Origin: Squalus acanthias
Taxonomy: Eukaryota
DNA: 64,000 nt
Direction of reading: 5' to 3'
NCBI GenBank assembly: GCA_030390025.1
Contig: JASTWF010000338.1
Coordinates: forward strand, 434,001-498,000
Shown here: positions 47,934 to 60,857 of the stretch, one piece after another
Layout of the letters: each line of letters begins with the position of its first letter
Numbering within the stretch: the first letter of the stretch is position 1
Made by a program: the position numbers and the translations under genes
The notes under the pieces: model-generated
What the model saw: only the letters and a program-made list of their open reading frames with translations
Database searches by the model: none
Told to the model about the DNA's origin: nothing

Positions 47934-48174
47934 CTGTTTCTCTCTCCACGGATGCTGCCTGACCTACTGAGTATTTCCAGCATTTTCTGTTGTTATTGAA
48001 TACACTGTGTTTGAAACAAAGCTGATTTATTCAATATTTATACAGAATATTAATCTCCAGCCCAGGTATAGGGGTTATTAAGATCAGCAGAAACACACTC
48101 TAACTGCCAGAATGAACATGGTTCAGTGCTCAATGCTAACTCAGTAATTTCTGTTCCATTCACTAATACGGCCT

Positions 48175-48570
48175 CTCAATGGCGGAGCTTTTACCCAGCA
48201 TTCCCCGCGGGGAGAATGTGCCGCACCCGGACTACAGGAGCCCAGTGCGCAGGCGCAGGACCACCTGGGTTTGGAGCATGCGCGGAGCGTGTCATTGCGG
48301 AAGCCGTTGGATGCGGATCAGGTCCGGATAAATTGCTGAGAAGCCGACGGAGGGAGCGGTGGACTGGACCGGCGGTGGGCGGGCAGGCTTCATAAACAAC
48401 TGGTGCAGGCCGCAAGCCCCGAATAATAACCTGAAGGTCCCGCGTTTGCAGCTTCGGGGCTTCTCCCGGTCAAAGATCAGGATAACGGCCGCCATCTTGA
48501 TTCAGTGAGTAGCAAAGCGCATGCGCGGCCATCTTGGCACAGGAACAAAGAGTGGGCGGGGCTTCAGTGT
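48175..48570 (+). promoter_or_regulatory. promoter and non-coding first exon of A-type copy 4
   Basis: TTACCCAGCATTCCCCGCG at 48191-48209, ACTACAGGAGCCCAG at 48231, GCGCAGGCGC/GCATGCGC, GCCGCCATCTTG at 48488-48499, donor CA|GTGAGT at 48505. Confidence 0.75.
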
Positions 48571-48745
48571 CTGTTCCCAACCGGGTCCTAGTGCCCGGGC
48601 TTGTAAATCATTCTCTCAGTTATTTGATTCAGACTCTCCACACTTCGGATTTCTCACCATCTCTCCTGAAGGCGCTGGTAAAAGCAGAGCATACGGTTAA
48701 CATCCCACACAATTGTAACAGAAGAGCCCCAGAGCTGGGACCCCC

Positions 48746-49195
48746 TTGTACAGTCCCAGGGTTAGAATCCCCATGTACAGTCCCAGGATAGGAATCCTCA
48801 TGTACAGTCCCAGGGTTGGAATCCCCATGTACAGTCCCAGGGTTGGAATCCCCATGTACAGTCCCAGGATAGGAATCACCATGTACAGTCCCAGGATAGG
48901 AATCACCATGTACAGTCCCAGGGTTAGAATCCCCATGTACAGTCCCAGGGTTAGAATCCCCATGTACAGTCCCAGGGTGGGAATCCCCATGTACAGTCCC
49001 AGGGTTGGAATCCCCATGTACAGTCCCAGGATAGGAATCCTCATGTACAGTCCCAGGGTTGGAATCCCCATGTACAGTCCCAGGGTTGGAATCCCCATGT
49101 ACAGTCCCAGGATAGGAATCACCATGTACAGTCCCAGGGTTAGAATCCCCATGTACAGTCCCAGGGTTGGAATCCCCATGTACAGTCCCAGGGCT
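48746..49195 (-). repeat. 27-bp minisatellite, ~17 copies
   Basis: Reverse complement of the 27103-28342 unit. Confidence 0.95.
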
Positions 49196-49805
49196 GGTAC
49201 CCTCAGCAACACCGAGTGCGGGTCTCAGGCCCCGAGTTAGAGCCGCCGGGCCCGGGGCAACACCGAGTCGGAACGGCGATATATGCCCAAGTCAGGATAG
49301 TGTGTGACTTGGAGGGGAACTGGGAGGTGATGGTGTTCCCATGCACCTGCTGCCCTTGTCCTTCTAGGTGGTGGAGGTCGTGTGTTTGGGAGGTGCTGTC
49401 AAAGTTCTCGTCGAGTTGCAGATGTATAAAGTCGCTCTCCTTCACCCCTCCCCCTCCCACCTCACTCTCTCTCCTCCCATAGAGGCCAGAGTCTTGTGTA
49501 GGCCCAGATCGGGTGGCGGGTTCTCTTCCCTGAAGGACATTAGTGAACCAGTTGAGTTTTTACGTCAATCCGGCAGCTTTCATGGTCACTTTTTTCTCGT
49601 GCCGGCCCCACAAATTCCCAGATTAATTCAGCTCAATTTCACAACCTGCCTTTGTGTTTTTGTGGATTTTCTCTCACCCTCCCTTTTTCCTGTTTTAAAT
49701 TCATTTTACAGGCTGTTAGGAGGGAAGGATTTGCAGACGGGAAACTCAAACCAAATATCACTTCAAGATCTGACAGAGTCGCTCAATTCCTCAGGACCTT
49801 TGAGC

Positions 49806-50819
49806 ATGGAAGCAGAAAGCACCGTTCAGAGTGGGGAGAAACCGTACACGTGTTCTGTGTGTGGACGAGGCTTCAGCCAATCCTCTAGCCTGTCGAGATA
49901 CAAGCGCAGTCACACCGGGGAGAGGCCGTTCACCTGCTTCAAGTGTGGGAAGGGATTCACTCAGTCATCCAACCTGCTGATACACCAGCGACTTCACAGC
50001 GGGGAGAGACCGTTCACCTGCTCTGAGTGTGGGAAGGGATTCACTCGGTCAACCAATCTGCTGGCGCACCAGCGACTTCACACCAGGGAGAGGCCGTTCA
50101 CCTGCTCTGAGTGTGGGAAGGGATTCACTCAGTCATCCCACCTGCTGACACACCAGCGAGTTCACACCGGGGAGAGACCATTTAAATGCCCGGACTGCGG
50201 GAAGTGCTATAAAAGTTCCGGGGAACTGATGTGCCATCAACGTGTTCACAGTGGCGAGAGACCGTTCAGGTGCTCTCACTGCGGGACTGGGTTCAGGCAA
50301 CAATCTCACCTCACTGTACACCAGCGCACTCACACTGGGGAGAGGCCATTCACCTGCTCTGAGTGTGGGAAGGGATTCACTCAGTCATCCAGCCTGCTGA
50401 CACAACAGCGAGTTCACACTGGGGAGAGGCCGTTCACCTGCTCCGAGTGTGGGAAGGGATTCACTAATTCATCCAGCCTGCTGAAACACCAGCGAGTTCA
50501 CACCGGGGAGAGACTGTTCACCTGCTCCGAGTGTGGGAAGGGATTCATTCGGTCATCCCACCTGCTGAGACACCAGCGAGTTCACACTAGGGAGAGTCCA
50601 TTCACCTGCTCTGAGTGTGGGAAGGGATTCATTCGGTCATCCAGCCTGCTGACACACCAACGAGTTCACACTGGGGAGAGACCGTTCACCTGCTCTGAGT
50701 GTGGGAAGGGATTCACTCAGTCATCCAACCTGCTGAGACACCAGATGTCAAACTGCGATCTGTTCCTGACTGAAAGTGAAACGGCAGGGTTAAGTTTCCA
50801 GTCTAAAAATGATTGGTAA
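49806..50819 (+). CDS. tandem C2H2 zinc-finger protein, A-type copy 4 (337 aa, uninterrupted; 10 finger units plus a truncated 11th)
   Basis: Acceptor TTTTACAG| at 49711; ATG 49806 MEAES; TGERP linkers; fingers 1 and 7 have His>Tyr/Gln; ends HQMSNC...SKNDW*. Confidence 0.88.
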   Translation: MEAESTVQSGEKPYTCSVCGRGFSQSSSLSRYKRSHTGERPFTCFKCGKGFTQSSNLLIHQRLHSGERPFTCSECGKGFTRSTNLLAHQRLHTRERPFTCSECGKGFTQSSHLLTHQRVHTGERPFKCPDCGKCYKSSGELMCHQRVHSGERPFRCSHCGTGFRQQSHLTVHQRTHTGERPFTCSECGKGFTQSSSLLTQQRVHTGERPFTCSECGKGFTNSSSLLKHQRVHTGERLFTCSECGKGFIRSSHLLRHQRVHTRESPFTCSECGKGFIRSSSLLTHQRVHTGERPFTCSECGKGFTQSSNLLRHQMSNCDLFLTESETAGLSFQSKNDW

Positions 50820-50849
50820 TTATTCTATGAAGGTTCAATGTGTTCGTAG

Positions 50850-53800
50850 AATGATAGAATGGTTACAGCACGGAATGTGGTCATTCGGCCCGTTGAGCCC
50901 GTGCCGGCTCTCTGCAAGAGCACTTCAGCAAGTTCCACTCCCCCACCCTTCCCTCGTAGCCCTGCAAATTTTTGTCCTTCAGGTACTTATCCAATTCCCT
51001 TTTGAAAGCCACGATTGAATCTGCCTCCACCACCCTTTCAGGCAGTGCATTCCCAATCCTAACCACTCACTGCGTAAAAAGTTTTTCCCCATGTCACCTT
51101 TGGTTCTTCTGCCAATCACCTTAAATCTGTGTCCTCTGGTTCTCGACCCTTCCGCCAATGGGAACAGTTTCTCTCTATCTACTCTGTCTAGACCCCTCAT
51201 GATTTGGAACACCTCTATCAAATCTACTCTCAACCTTCTCTGCTCTAAGGAGAACAACCCCAGCTTCTGCAGGCTATCCACGTAACTGAAGTCCCTCATC
51301 CCTGGAACCATTCTTGTCAATCTTTTCCGCACCCTCTCTCAACCTTCACATCCTTCCTAAAGTGCGGTGCCCAGAATTGGACACAATATTGCAGTTGTGG
51401 CCGAACCAGTGTTTTATAAAGGTTCATCATAACTTCCTTGCTTTTGTACTCTATGCCTCTACTTATAAAGCCCAGGATCCCGTAAGCTTTTTTAACCGCT
51501 TTCTCAACCTGCCCTGCCACCGTCAACGATTTGTGCACATATACCCCCAGGTCTCTCTGTTCATGCACCCGCTTTAGGATTCTACCCTTTAGTTTATATT
51601 GCCTCTCCTCGTTCTTCCTACCAAAATGTATCACTTCGCATTTTTCTGCGTTAAATTTCATCTGCCACATGTCCGCCCATTCCACCAGCCTGTCTATGTC
51701 TTCCTGCAGTCTATCACTCTCCTCCTCACTGTTCACTATACTTCCAAGTCTGAAAACAGCCATTTACCACAACTCGCTGTTTTCTGTCCTTAAGCCATTT
51801 CCTTATCCAAGCTGCCACTGACCCACCTATTCCATGAGCCTCTATTTTGTTAACCAGCCTTCTATGTGGTACTTTGTCAAACGCCTTCCTAAAATCCATG
51901 TAGACAACATTCATTGCATTCCTTTCATCAATCCTCCCTGTAACTTCAACAAAAAATTAAATTAGATTAGTCAAACACGATCTGCCTTTTACAAATCCGT
52001 GTTGGCTCTCCTTAATTAGCTTAAACCTCTCCAAGTGCCCGTTATATCCAGGAATATTTAGGACCCAATCCTGCCCTTCTTTGAGCCAGGTCTCCGTTAT
52101 CACCATGACACCATATTTCCATGTGGCTATCTGCGCCTGCAGCTCACCAACCTTATTTACCACGCGTCGTGCGTTTACACACATGCACTGCAAACCTATC
52201 TTAGACCTTCTTGTATTCTCTCTTAGTCTGATCCCATCTATTACCTTACTCTGTCTTACTATAATGCTATCTGTCTCTCCCAATCCTTTGTTTCTCCTTT
52301 CTAATGCTACATCCTGGTGCCCATCCCCCTGCCAAATTAATTTAAACCCTCCCCAACAGCACTAACTTCTCGACTCTCCAGCCAGGGGGAAAAAACCTCT
52401 CAATCCCCCCTCAGAATCTTATGTTTCAATGAGATCACCTCTCATTCTTCTAAACTCCAGAGAGTATAGGCCCAATCTACTCAATCTCTCCTCATAGGAC
52501 AAGCCTCTCATCCCAGGGATCAATCTAGCGAACCTTCGTTGCACTGCCTCTAAGGCATGTATGTCATTCCTCAGATAAGGAGACAAAAGCTCCAGGTGTG
52601 GTCTCACCAAGGCCCTGTACAATTGTAGCAAGACTTCCTCACTCTTGTACTCCAACCCCCTTGCAATAAAGGCCAACATGCCATTTGCCTTCCTAATTGC
52701 TTGCTGTACCTTCATGCTATCTTTATGTGTTTCCTGTACGAGGACACCTAAATCTCTCTGAACTCCAACATTTAATAGTTTCTCACCGTATAAAAAATAT
52801 TCTGTTTTTCTATAGTTCCAACCAAAGTGAATAACCTCACGTTTCCTCACATTATACTGCATCTGCCACCTTATTGCCCACTCACTTATCCTGTCTATAT
52901 CCCTTTGCAGGCTCTTTGTGTCCTCCTCACAGCTTACTGTCCCACCTAGCTTTGTATCGTCAGCAAACTTGGATACATTGCACTCGGTCCCTTCATCAAA
53001 GTCATTGATACAGATTGTAAATAGCTGAGGCCCAAGCACTGATCCTTGCAGCACCCCACTAGTTACAGCCTGCCAAATGGAAAATGACCCATTTATCCCC
53101 ACTCCCTGATTTCTGCCCGTTAACCAATCCTCTATCCATGCTATTATATTACCCCCAACCCCATGAGCCCATATCTTGTGTAGCACCCTTTTATGTGGCA
53201 CCTTATCGAATGCCTTTTGGAAATCCAAATATACTACATCCACTGGTTCCCCTTTATCTACCCTGCTAGTTACATCCTCAAAAAACTAATACATTTGTTA
53301 AACACGATTGACCTTATAAAACCATGTTGACTCTGCCTAATCATGTTATTATTTTCTCAGTGTCCTGTTACCACTTCCTTAACAGTGGATTCCGGCATTT
53401 TCCCAACGACTGATGTCAGGTTAACTGGCCTGTAGTTCCCTGTTTTCTCTCTCCTTCCTTTCTTGAATAGCAGTGTTACATTTGCTACCTTCCAATCCGC
53501 TGGGACTGTTCTAGAATCTGGGGAATTTTGGAAGATCACAACCAATGCATCCACTATCTCTGCAGCCACCTCTTTTAGAACCTTCAGATGTAGGCCGTCA
53601 GGTCATTGGGATTTGTCGGCTTTTAGTCCCATTAGTTTCTCAAGTACTTTTTCTCTACTGATATTAATTACTTGAAGTTCCTCACTCTTATTAGCCCCTT
53701 GGTTCCCCACTATTTTGGATCTGCTTTTTGTGTATTCTACTATGAAGACAGATATACAATATTTGTTTAAAATCGCTGCCATTTTCTTGTTCCCCAATAT

Positions 53801-54843
53801 AATTTCTCTTGTCTCAGCCTCTAAGGGACCAATGTTTACTTTTGCTTCTCTCTTCCTTTTTACTTACTTGTAGAAACACTTACAATCTGTTTTCATATTT
53901 CTTGCTAGTTTACTCTCATTCTGTTTTCACATACTTGAAGAGGACTAATTTGCAATGAAATGGCAAAAAGCTGGAGTGTGGGACTACACGGGATAGGAGC
54001 AGGAGTCGGCCATACGGCCCCTTGATCCTGCTCCGCCATTCAATAAGATCATGGCTGATCTTTGAGCTCAACTCCACTTTCCCACCCGCTCCGCATATCC
54101 CTTGATTCCCTTAATATCCAAAAATCTATCGATCTCAGCCATGAATATACTCAACGACTGAGCATCCACAGCCTTCTGGGGTAGAGAATTTCAAAGATTC
54201 ACAACCCTCTCATCTCAGTCCTAAATGACCTACCCTTATCCTGAGACAATGCTCCCTAGTTCTAGACTCTCCAGCCAGGGGAAGCAGCCTCTCAGCATCT
54301 ACCCTGTCAAGCCCTCTCAGAATCTTATATGTTTCAATGAGATCACTTCTCATTCTTCTAAACTCCAGAGAGTAGAGGCCCATTCTACACACTCTCTCAT
54401 CATAGAACAACCCTCTCATCCCAGGAATCAATCTAGTCAACCTTCGTTGCACCCTCTCTGAGGCAAGTATATCCTTCCTTAGGTACAGAGACCAAAACTG
54501 TACACAGAACTCCAGGTGTGGTCTCACCAAAGCCCTGTACAATTGTGGTAAGACTTCCTTACTCTTGTATTCCAACACCCTTGCAATAAAGGCCAACATG
54601 CCATTTGCCTTCCTAATTGCTTGTTGTACCTGCATGCTAACTCTCTGTGATTTGTGTTCGAGGAAACCCAAATCCCTCTGAACACCAACATTTCATAATT
54701 TCTCACCATTTAAAAAATATTCTGTTTTTCTATTCTTTCTACCAAAGTGAATAACCTCACATTTCTCCACATTAGACTCCATCTGCCACCTTCTTGCCCA
54801 CTCACTTAACCTGTCGATATCCCTTTGCAGACTCTTTGTGTCC
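50850..54843 (-). mobile_element. stack of CR1 fragments
   Basis: Several RT and 3'-end ORFs (51317-51763, 52419-53243 with FADDTKL, 54210-54671). Confidence 0.9.
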
Positions 54844-55034
54844 TGCTGGTGGGTGGCTGCTCATTATCCTCGGTGTGATTTAATCCCCTTTCCCACTGAA
54901 TACTGCGGACAGACAGGCTCACCTTGGGAACGGAATGGTCAGTGTGACATCACTTTCTAAACAAGAGCCCACAAGACAATGGGTTCTCAATAAATGTTAA
55001 AGGGATTCAACGCTCTGAAGTTACACCGTGAATA

Positions 55035-55402
55035 CGGTGGCATAGTGGTTAGCACTGGTGCCTCACAGCGCCAGAGACCCGGGTTCGAATCTGACCTCGG
55101 GTGACTGTGTGGAGTTTGCACATTCTCCCCGTGTCTGCGTGGGTTTCCTCCGGGTGCTCCGGTTTCCTCCCACAGTCCAAAAATGTGTGGGTTAGATTGA
55201 TTTGGCTATGATAAATTGACCCTTAGTGTTAGGGGGAATTAAATACGTGGGGTTACGGGGGTAGGGTGGGATATGTGTACTGTGGGGATTAAAGCAGGGA
55301 CAGGGTACTGGTTTTGGATGATCAGCCATGATCGTATTGAATGGCGGAGCAGGCTCGACGGGCCGAATGGCCTGCTCCTGCTCCTAGATTCTATGTTTCT
55401 AT
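55035..55402 (+). mobile_element. HE1-like V-SINE (tRNA head, V domain, CR1-derived tail)
   Basis: A box TGGCATAGTGG, B box GGTTCGAATC, V domain TGTGTGGAGTTTGCACATTCTCCCCGTGTCTGCGTGGGTTTCCTCCGGGTGCTCCGGTTTCCTCCCAC, tail GATCAGCCATGATC...TTCTATGTTTCTA. Confidence 0.92.
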
Positions 55403-55999
55403 AAAGGAAATAAAATGCTGATCAATAATTGGTGAAGATAATTTATCTCTGTGGAACGCACGAGCAAACATTAAGAATGATGTGTTTTGTTTACACACTC
55501 ACACATATAACAAATACTTTGTGTGAGCTCTTTTCAGTTCTGTTTAATCCGATGGCTGTTTATTTCTGTGGTCTTTAGGACCCTGCGGCAGCCCATCCGG
55601 CGGGGCCCGCTGGGTCAGGGTATAAAGAGACCGCGCGCTGTTCCTCCTCCCACTGCCTGGGGGAATGGGCCAGATATTTAAAGGGACAGGGACTCCCCTT
55701 TCTCTGTCTATTTATAGTTAAAGGGACAGACCCGTTTATCTTGGAGTGTCGGAGGACTTCACTAACAGAGCTCCCATGAACAGTCGCTCCCTTCTGTACT
55801 GTGCAGTGATTGTAAACCTGTCTGTTTCAGTGACTTGAGCCTTTCTAAAATGTCTCTGTTTTTGATGATCCATTTGACTTGCTTGGTTAATTTGGAAAGA
55901 CTTCAGAATTTTGCAGTGTGACGAAGGTTTCATTTAAAGGTGGAGTGATATTTCTTTCTAAATATTCTGTTCTCCCCCCACCCCCCGCACACGCTTTAA

Positions 56000-56350
56000 A
56001 ACACTCTGAGCTACTGACTGGGAAGGTCACAAATTCATTCCTTGATCTGGGCTGTTAGTTGATCTGAACCAAGGCAGCAGTTCAGGGGCCATAATTGGCC
56101 TCAGTACCACTGGGCTAAGTGTAAAGATCAGCCACTGCCCCGCTCTTGATGGCGATCCAGTGACCTGAACTGGGAAGTGTATGGATGTTAATTGAGGACA
56201 TGATTGGACTCGGTTGTGATGCCTACCACAGTGGAAATGCTGCTGACACTCACTGAGTCGGCTGACGGTGAGGTACTCGAGATTAACTAATGTCTGTGGA
56301 ATGGCACACAGCCAGATTCAGCACCTTCTGGAGAGAAGGGGAGAAACAAA
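56000..56350 (+). mobile_element. old SINE-like interspersed repeat (uninterrupted copy)
   Basis: Paralog of 32470-32762; its 3' end matches the 63-bp minisatellite unit. Confidence 0.5.
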
Positions 56351-56419
56351 ATCCCAGATGGTGTAATTAATGTTTTTAGACAGTAGGAATGGATTCAGTT
56401 GACCGTCTGAGGTGGAAAC

Positions 56420-56849
56420 TCATGGATACAGTCACACCGGGGAGAGGCCGTTCACCAGCTGAGTGTGGAAAGAGATTCACTCACTCATCTCACCTATTAG
56501 CACACGGACATGTTCATAATGGGGAGAATCCGTTCACTGCTCTGTATGTGGAAAGGGATTCAATCAATCATCCCATTTACTGACACACCAGCACAGTCAC
56601 ACCGGAGAGAGACCGTTCAGATACTTCACGTGTGGGAAGGGATTCACTCCGTTCTCCCACCTGTTGACACTCCAGAGTGTCCACATTGAGAACAGTTGGT
56701 GTAAATACTCTGACTGTGAGAAAAGCTTTCAAAGTTCAAAGCAGCTGATGCACGATCAGCACATTGATACTGGAGAGAGGCTGATTCAATATCCTGTGTG
56801 GGAAGAAATTCACCCCACCTGCTGAGACTCCAGTGAGTTCACAGGTGAC
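56420..56849 (+). pseudogene. decayed C2H2 zinc-finger fragment
   Basis: Paralog of ~13540-13949. Confidence 0.8.
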
Positions 56850-56994
56850 TGCAGGGGTTTGGATTCTGTTATTAATCACATCCAGGACTGAACCATGGCA
56901 GAGTGCCCGTGCACTTGGGTTTCTGTGTGAATTATTGATGAATTTTCTCTCAATGGGATCACAGAAACACATTCTCCATTCACTAATTGGGGCT

Positions 56995-57425
56995 TTCAAT
57001 GTTCCCCAGCATGCCCCGCGGGGGAGAATGTGCCCCATTCACACTGGAGGAGCCCAGTGCGCAGGCGCAGTGCCCGCCTGTATTTGGAGCATGCGCAGTG
57101 TCACTGTGATCAGCGCCAGGCGAGTGCTGGGAGCGGGCCGAGTTGGGAGACGCGGTTTTTACGCCGATTACGAATCAGCGGACGCAGGGAGGTAACGCAC
57201 CCGGCGGGTGAGCTTCATAAAGACCGGGTGCAGGCCGCAAGCCCCGAATGAGAACCTACAGGTTCCGCGTTTGCAGCTCCGGGGCTTTTTCCCGGTAACA
57301 GGCCTAGGCTAAGGGCGGCCATCTGTGTAAAGGAAAGCCTTGTTTTTGTTCGCCGCCATCATGATTCGCACGGCCATCTATGTAAAGGACCACAACGTGG
57401 GCAGGGCCTCAGGGTCCCCTTAAGT
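56995..57425 (+). promoter_or_regulatory. ZNF promoter/first-exon cassette (B-type)
   Basis: Paralog of 14095-14450 with the same motifs. Confidence 0.7.
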
Positions 57426-57433
57426 GTGGTAGT

Positions 57434-57610
57434 GACCCAGCCAGAGTCAGCACCTTCAGGGGAGGAGAGGGAGGGGAACCAGTGAGTGTAGAACTGAACC
57501 CAGCCAGAGTCAGCACCTTCAGGGGAGGAGAGGGAGGGGAACCAGTGAGTGAACTGAACCCAGCCAGAATGAGCACCTTCGGGGGAGGAGAACCAGTGAG
57601 TGTAGAACTG
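57434..57610 (+). repeat. 63-bp minisatellite, ~3 copies
   Basis: Same unit as 14526-15415. Confidence 0.9.
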
Positions 57611-57815
57611 ATCATACTGAAAACTGGGAGCGGAGGACAAACTATCTTGAGACGTGTTTGGATTTTAGCACAGGGAGGAGGGACAATATGTGGGACGGGG
57701 ATTTACAGCTTTGGAGGAAGAAGAGGGGAAAGAATGTTCGATAGAAACTAAAATTGTCTGTTCTGAATTTCTGTCCTGTACTTACAGTGACGAATTTTGT
57801 AAACTCCTTTTACAG

Positions 57816-58618
57816 GGTATTACAACGGGAGGATTTGCAGATGGGAAACTCAAACCAAACATCATGTCAAAATCTGACAGTCGCTTGTTTACTCAGGACC
57901 TGAATATCATCGGCCTTTGAATGTGGAAGGAGAAATGTTTGTCTGTTCTGTCTGTGGGAAAAGATTTCAAAGAACAGTATGACTGGAAAAGCACCGAGAC
58001 ACACACACCCGAGTGAGAGTGTTCCAGTGCACTGACTGTGGAAAGAGCTTTAACCAGTTACACAGCCTGAAAAAAACATCGCACCATTCACAGCGGGGAG
58101 AAACCCTCCACGTGTTCTGTGTGTGGACAAGGCATCAACTGATCGTCCAACCTTGAAAGATACAAGGACACCCGCACCACGGAGAAACCATGGAAATGTG
58201 GGGACTGTGGGAAGGGATTCAATTACCCGTCTGAGCTGGAAATTCATCATCGCACTCACACTGGGGAGAGGCCATTCACCTGCTCCATGTGTGGGAAGAT
58301 TTCACTCTGTCATCCGACCTGCTGATACACCAGCAAGTTCGCACTGGGGAGAGGCCATTCACCTGCTCCGTGTGTGGGAAGGGATTCATTCAGTCATCCA
58401 CCCTGCTGACACACCAGCGAGTTCACACTGGGGAGAGGCCGTTCACCTGCTCTGAGTGTGGGAAGGGATTCACTGAGTCATCCGACTTGGTGATACACCA
58501 GCGAATTCACACTGGGGAGAGACCGTTCACCTGCACTGAGTGTGGGAAGGGATTCACTCGGTCATCCACCCTGCTGAGACACCAGCGAGTTCACACTGGA
58601 GAGAGACCGTTCAAGTGA
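57816..58618 (+). pseudogene. C2H2 zinc-finger exon, B-type copy 2 (frameshifted)
   Basis: Acceptor at 57815; [12 protein letters not shown] at 58179; frameshift at ~58298; three intact fingers then PFK*. Confidence 0.8.
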
Positions 58619-59924
58619 CTGCAGGGGTTGGATTCTGCTGTTATTGCTGCTGTTAATTACATCCCAGACTGAATCGTCTTCATTCTGACAGGTGGAGTTT
58701 CTTCCTGCTGATGTTAATAACCCCTATAACTGGGCTGGAGTTTAATATTTTGATATTTGAAATAACACAGTGTGTCGATTTTTGATGTCTCCAAGTAAAG
58801 AGGAGACTAATTGATGTCCTGTTACCGACTGCTCCATTTTTGGGCCTTTTATCCTTTCTAACTCGAGATTCTTTCAGTTCTCGTACCTTCGGTTACTCTC
58901 ATGGACAAGTCCCAGCTCCCCATACCTTCCAGAGTGCCTCTCCTAGCCTTGGTATCCAGGGAAGGTCTCGGTAACACGCCCGGGATCACTAAACACAAAA
59001 CCCAGTCTGTTAATCACTTTCAGCTACTGGACTTAGCGTGTGTCCCACAGCATCTCTCTCACCTTCGATGTGCGAATAGAGCATCACGCCTGCAAACCTG
59101 CTTTCAATTTCAATTTGAATCCACTCAGCAAGTGTATTTAAAAAAATACGTACAAGTAAACAGATCACATCAAATAATTGGCCAAGGTTTAGAGTCAACA
59201 AGATGAACAAGTGAACACATCACGGCCCAATACCCCAGCTCTATATTCACAGGAGAAAGTCTGTTATCTAACTCCTCGAGTGGACAGAATAGAGAAAGAT
59301 CCCAACTCTAAGAACATCTAGAATCTGTTGTAAATATCTTTCAAATCCTGACTGGTCCAATCTGTCGGTTTCCTTTCAATTGAAGTGAATGGAAGATGAG
59401 AGGGGTGTTGGCATATGGACCTCGGTTAATTCAGCTTCTGAAAGGTGTTCATGTTTAGTTCATTCGATATCGGGGAAAATGTGGTCGGTATCATTAGAGA
59501 GAGAGAGAGATTTCACTGAGCAACAGCTGGTGTTTGCAACCAACTGGCCTTGGATATTTTCATCACAGAATGTTTCGATCAGAAATATGATGTTGGGATA
59601 AGGAAAGTCTGGAGACTAGTGGTTTGTGCTGCCCCAGGAAGGCCACAGTGTTTTTACCTGCTTCTAACGTTGTTGATGTGTGTTGAAGAAAATGCAGACT
59701 TGTGTCTCTGGACTGTGCAGTAGCCAGAGACGACCATATTAGGCAATGCCAGCTCCAGTTTGATAAGAGGTTGATGGCAGAGCAAGAGATCCAGCAGTTT
59801 TAAGAATTTATCTCCCGTTATCTGCAGACATCGAATGTCGCAGCGTGCTGACAAAATTGGACTTCAGACTTTAACCTATTGGGTTCAATTATTGGGATCG
59901 ATTGTTATAGAATTGAATTGTTAT

Positions 59925-60540
59925 AGAATGGAAAAGTAGTGAAGTTATGCTAAACTTGTATCGAACCTTGGTTAGACCACACTTGGAGCACTGCGTACAA
60001 TTCTGGTCACCATATTATAAAAAGGATATAGAGGCACTGGAGAGGGTGCAGAGAAGATTTACAAGGATGATACCAGAAATGAGAGGGTAAACCTATCAGG
60101 AAAGGATGGACAGGCTGGGTCTCTTTTCTCTTGAAAAAAGGCTGAGGGGTGACCTAATAGAGGTCTTTAAAATGATGAAAGGTTTTGATAGAGTAGATAC
60201 AGAGAGAGTGTTTCCACTTGTGGGGAAGAGCATAACTAGAGGCCATCAATATAAGATAGTCACCAAGAAATCCAATAGGGAATTCAGGAGAAACTTCTTT
60301 ACCCAGAGAGTGGGGAGAATGTGGAACTCGCTACCACAGGGAGTGGTTGAAGCGAATAGTATCGATGCATTTAAGGGGAGGCTGACAAGCATATGAGGGA
60401 GAAGGGAATAGAGGGTTATGCTGATAGAGTTAGATGGGGAAAGACGGGAGGAGGCTCGAGTGGAGCATAAACGCCGGCATGGACTGGTTGGGCCGAATGG
60501 CCTGTTTCTGTGCCGTATATCCTGTGTAATCCTGTGTAGT
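59925..60540 (+). mobile_element. CR1 3' fragment
   Basis: Paralog of 18115-18732. Confidence 0.9.
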
Positions 60541-60857
60541 CACAGCAAACAGACAGTTTAACAGACTGCCCATGGTCCACTCTAACCCCCACCTTCTCTC
60601 TCTCTCACTATTCATGGACACTGCTGCAGTAATTGCTCCTCTGACCTTTCCTCTCTTGTCCCTCCTACACCCCTAATACACGGCCCGACACAATCTCCCT
60701 CCCCCTACATCCTCACTGTGCTGGAATCCACACCAGTCTCCCCATCTGCTCCTTCTTCTCTCCCTGGATCCGAAAACTACTGAACTCAGTCTTCCCTCCT
60801 GAAGTCTCCAGGCTCTAAAACTGAAGCTTGGTGTCCCTCAGTCCCTACTCCTCCCCT

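Larger units (their letters stand above)
46574..47998 (-). mobile_element. internally deleted Penelope family-1 element flanked by inverted tails
   Basis: Minus tail 46575-46903; minus ORF fragment (RVFTIRSDLPLSDAER..LSKGLSFIPL..LDLFI|ANCWRDVGRLNFSAPLTHSNL); plus tail 47689-47998; AATACACTGT on both sides. Confidence 0.85.

Noticed and set aside
49368..49805. N-terminal extension or effector domain of the ZNF ORF (also 7690-7896 and 36349-36660)
   Set aside because: It crosses a clear polypyrimidine-AG acceptor into repeat-derived intron with no KRAB/SCAN/BTB motif; only the 94 nt after the acceptor could be coding
55035..55110. tRNA gene
   Set aside because: The A/B boxes continue into a V domain and CR1 tail, so this is a SINE head; the same applies to 10012-10075
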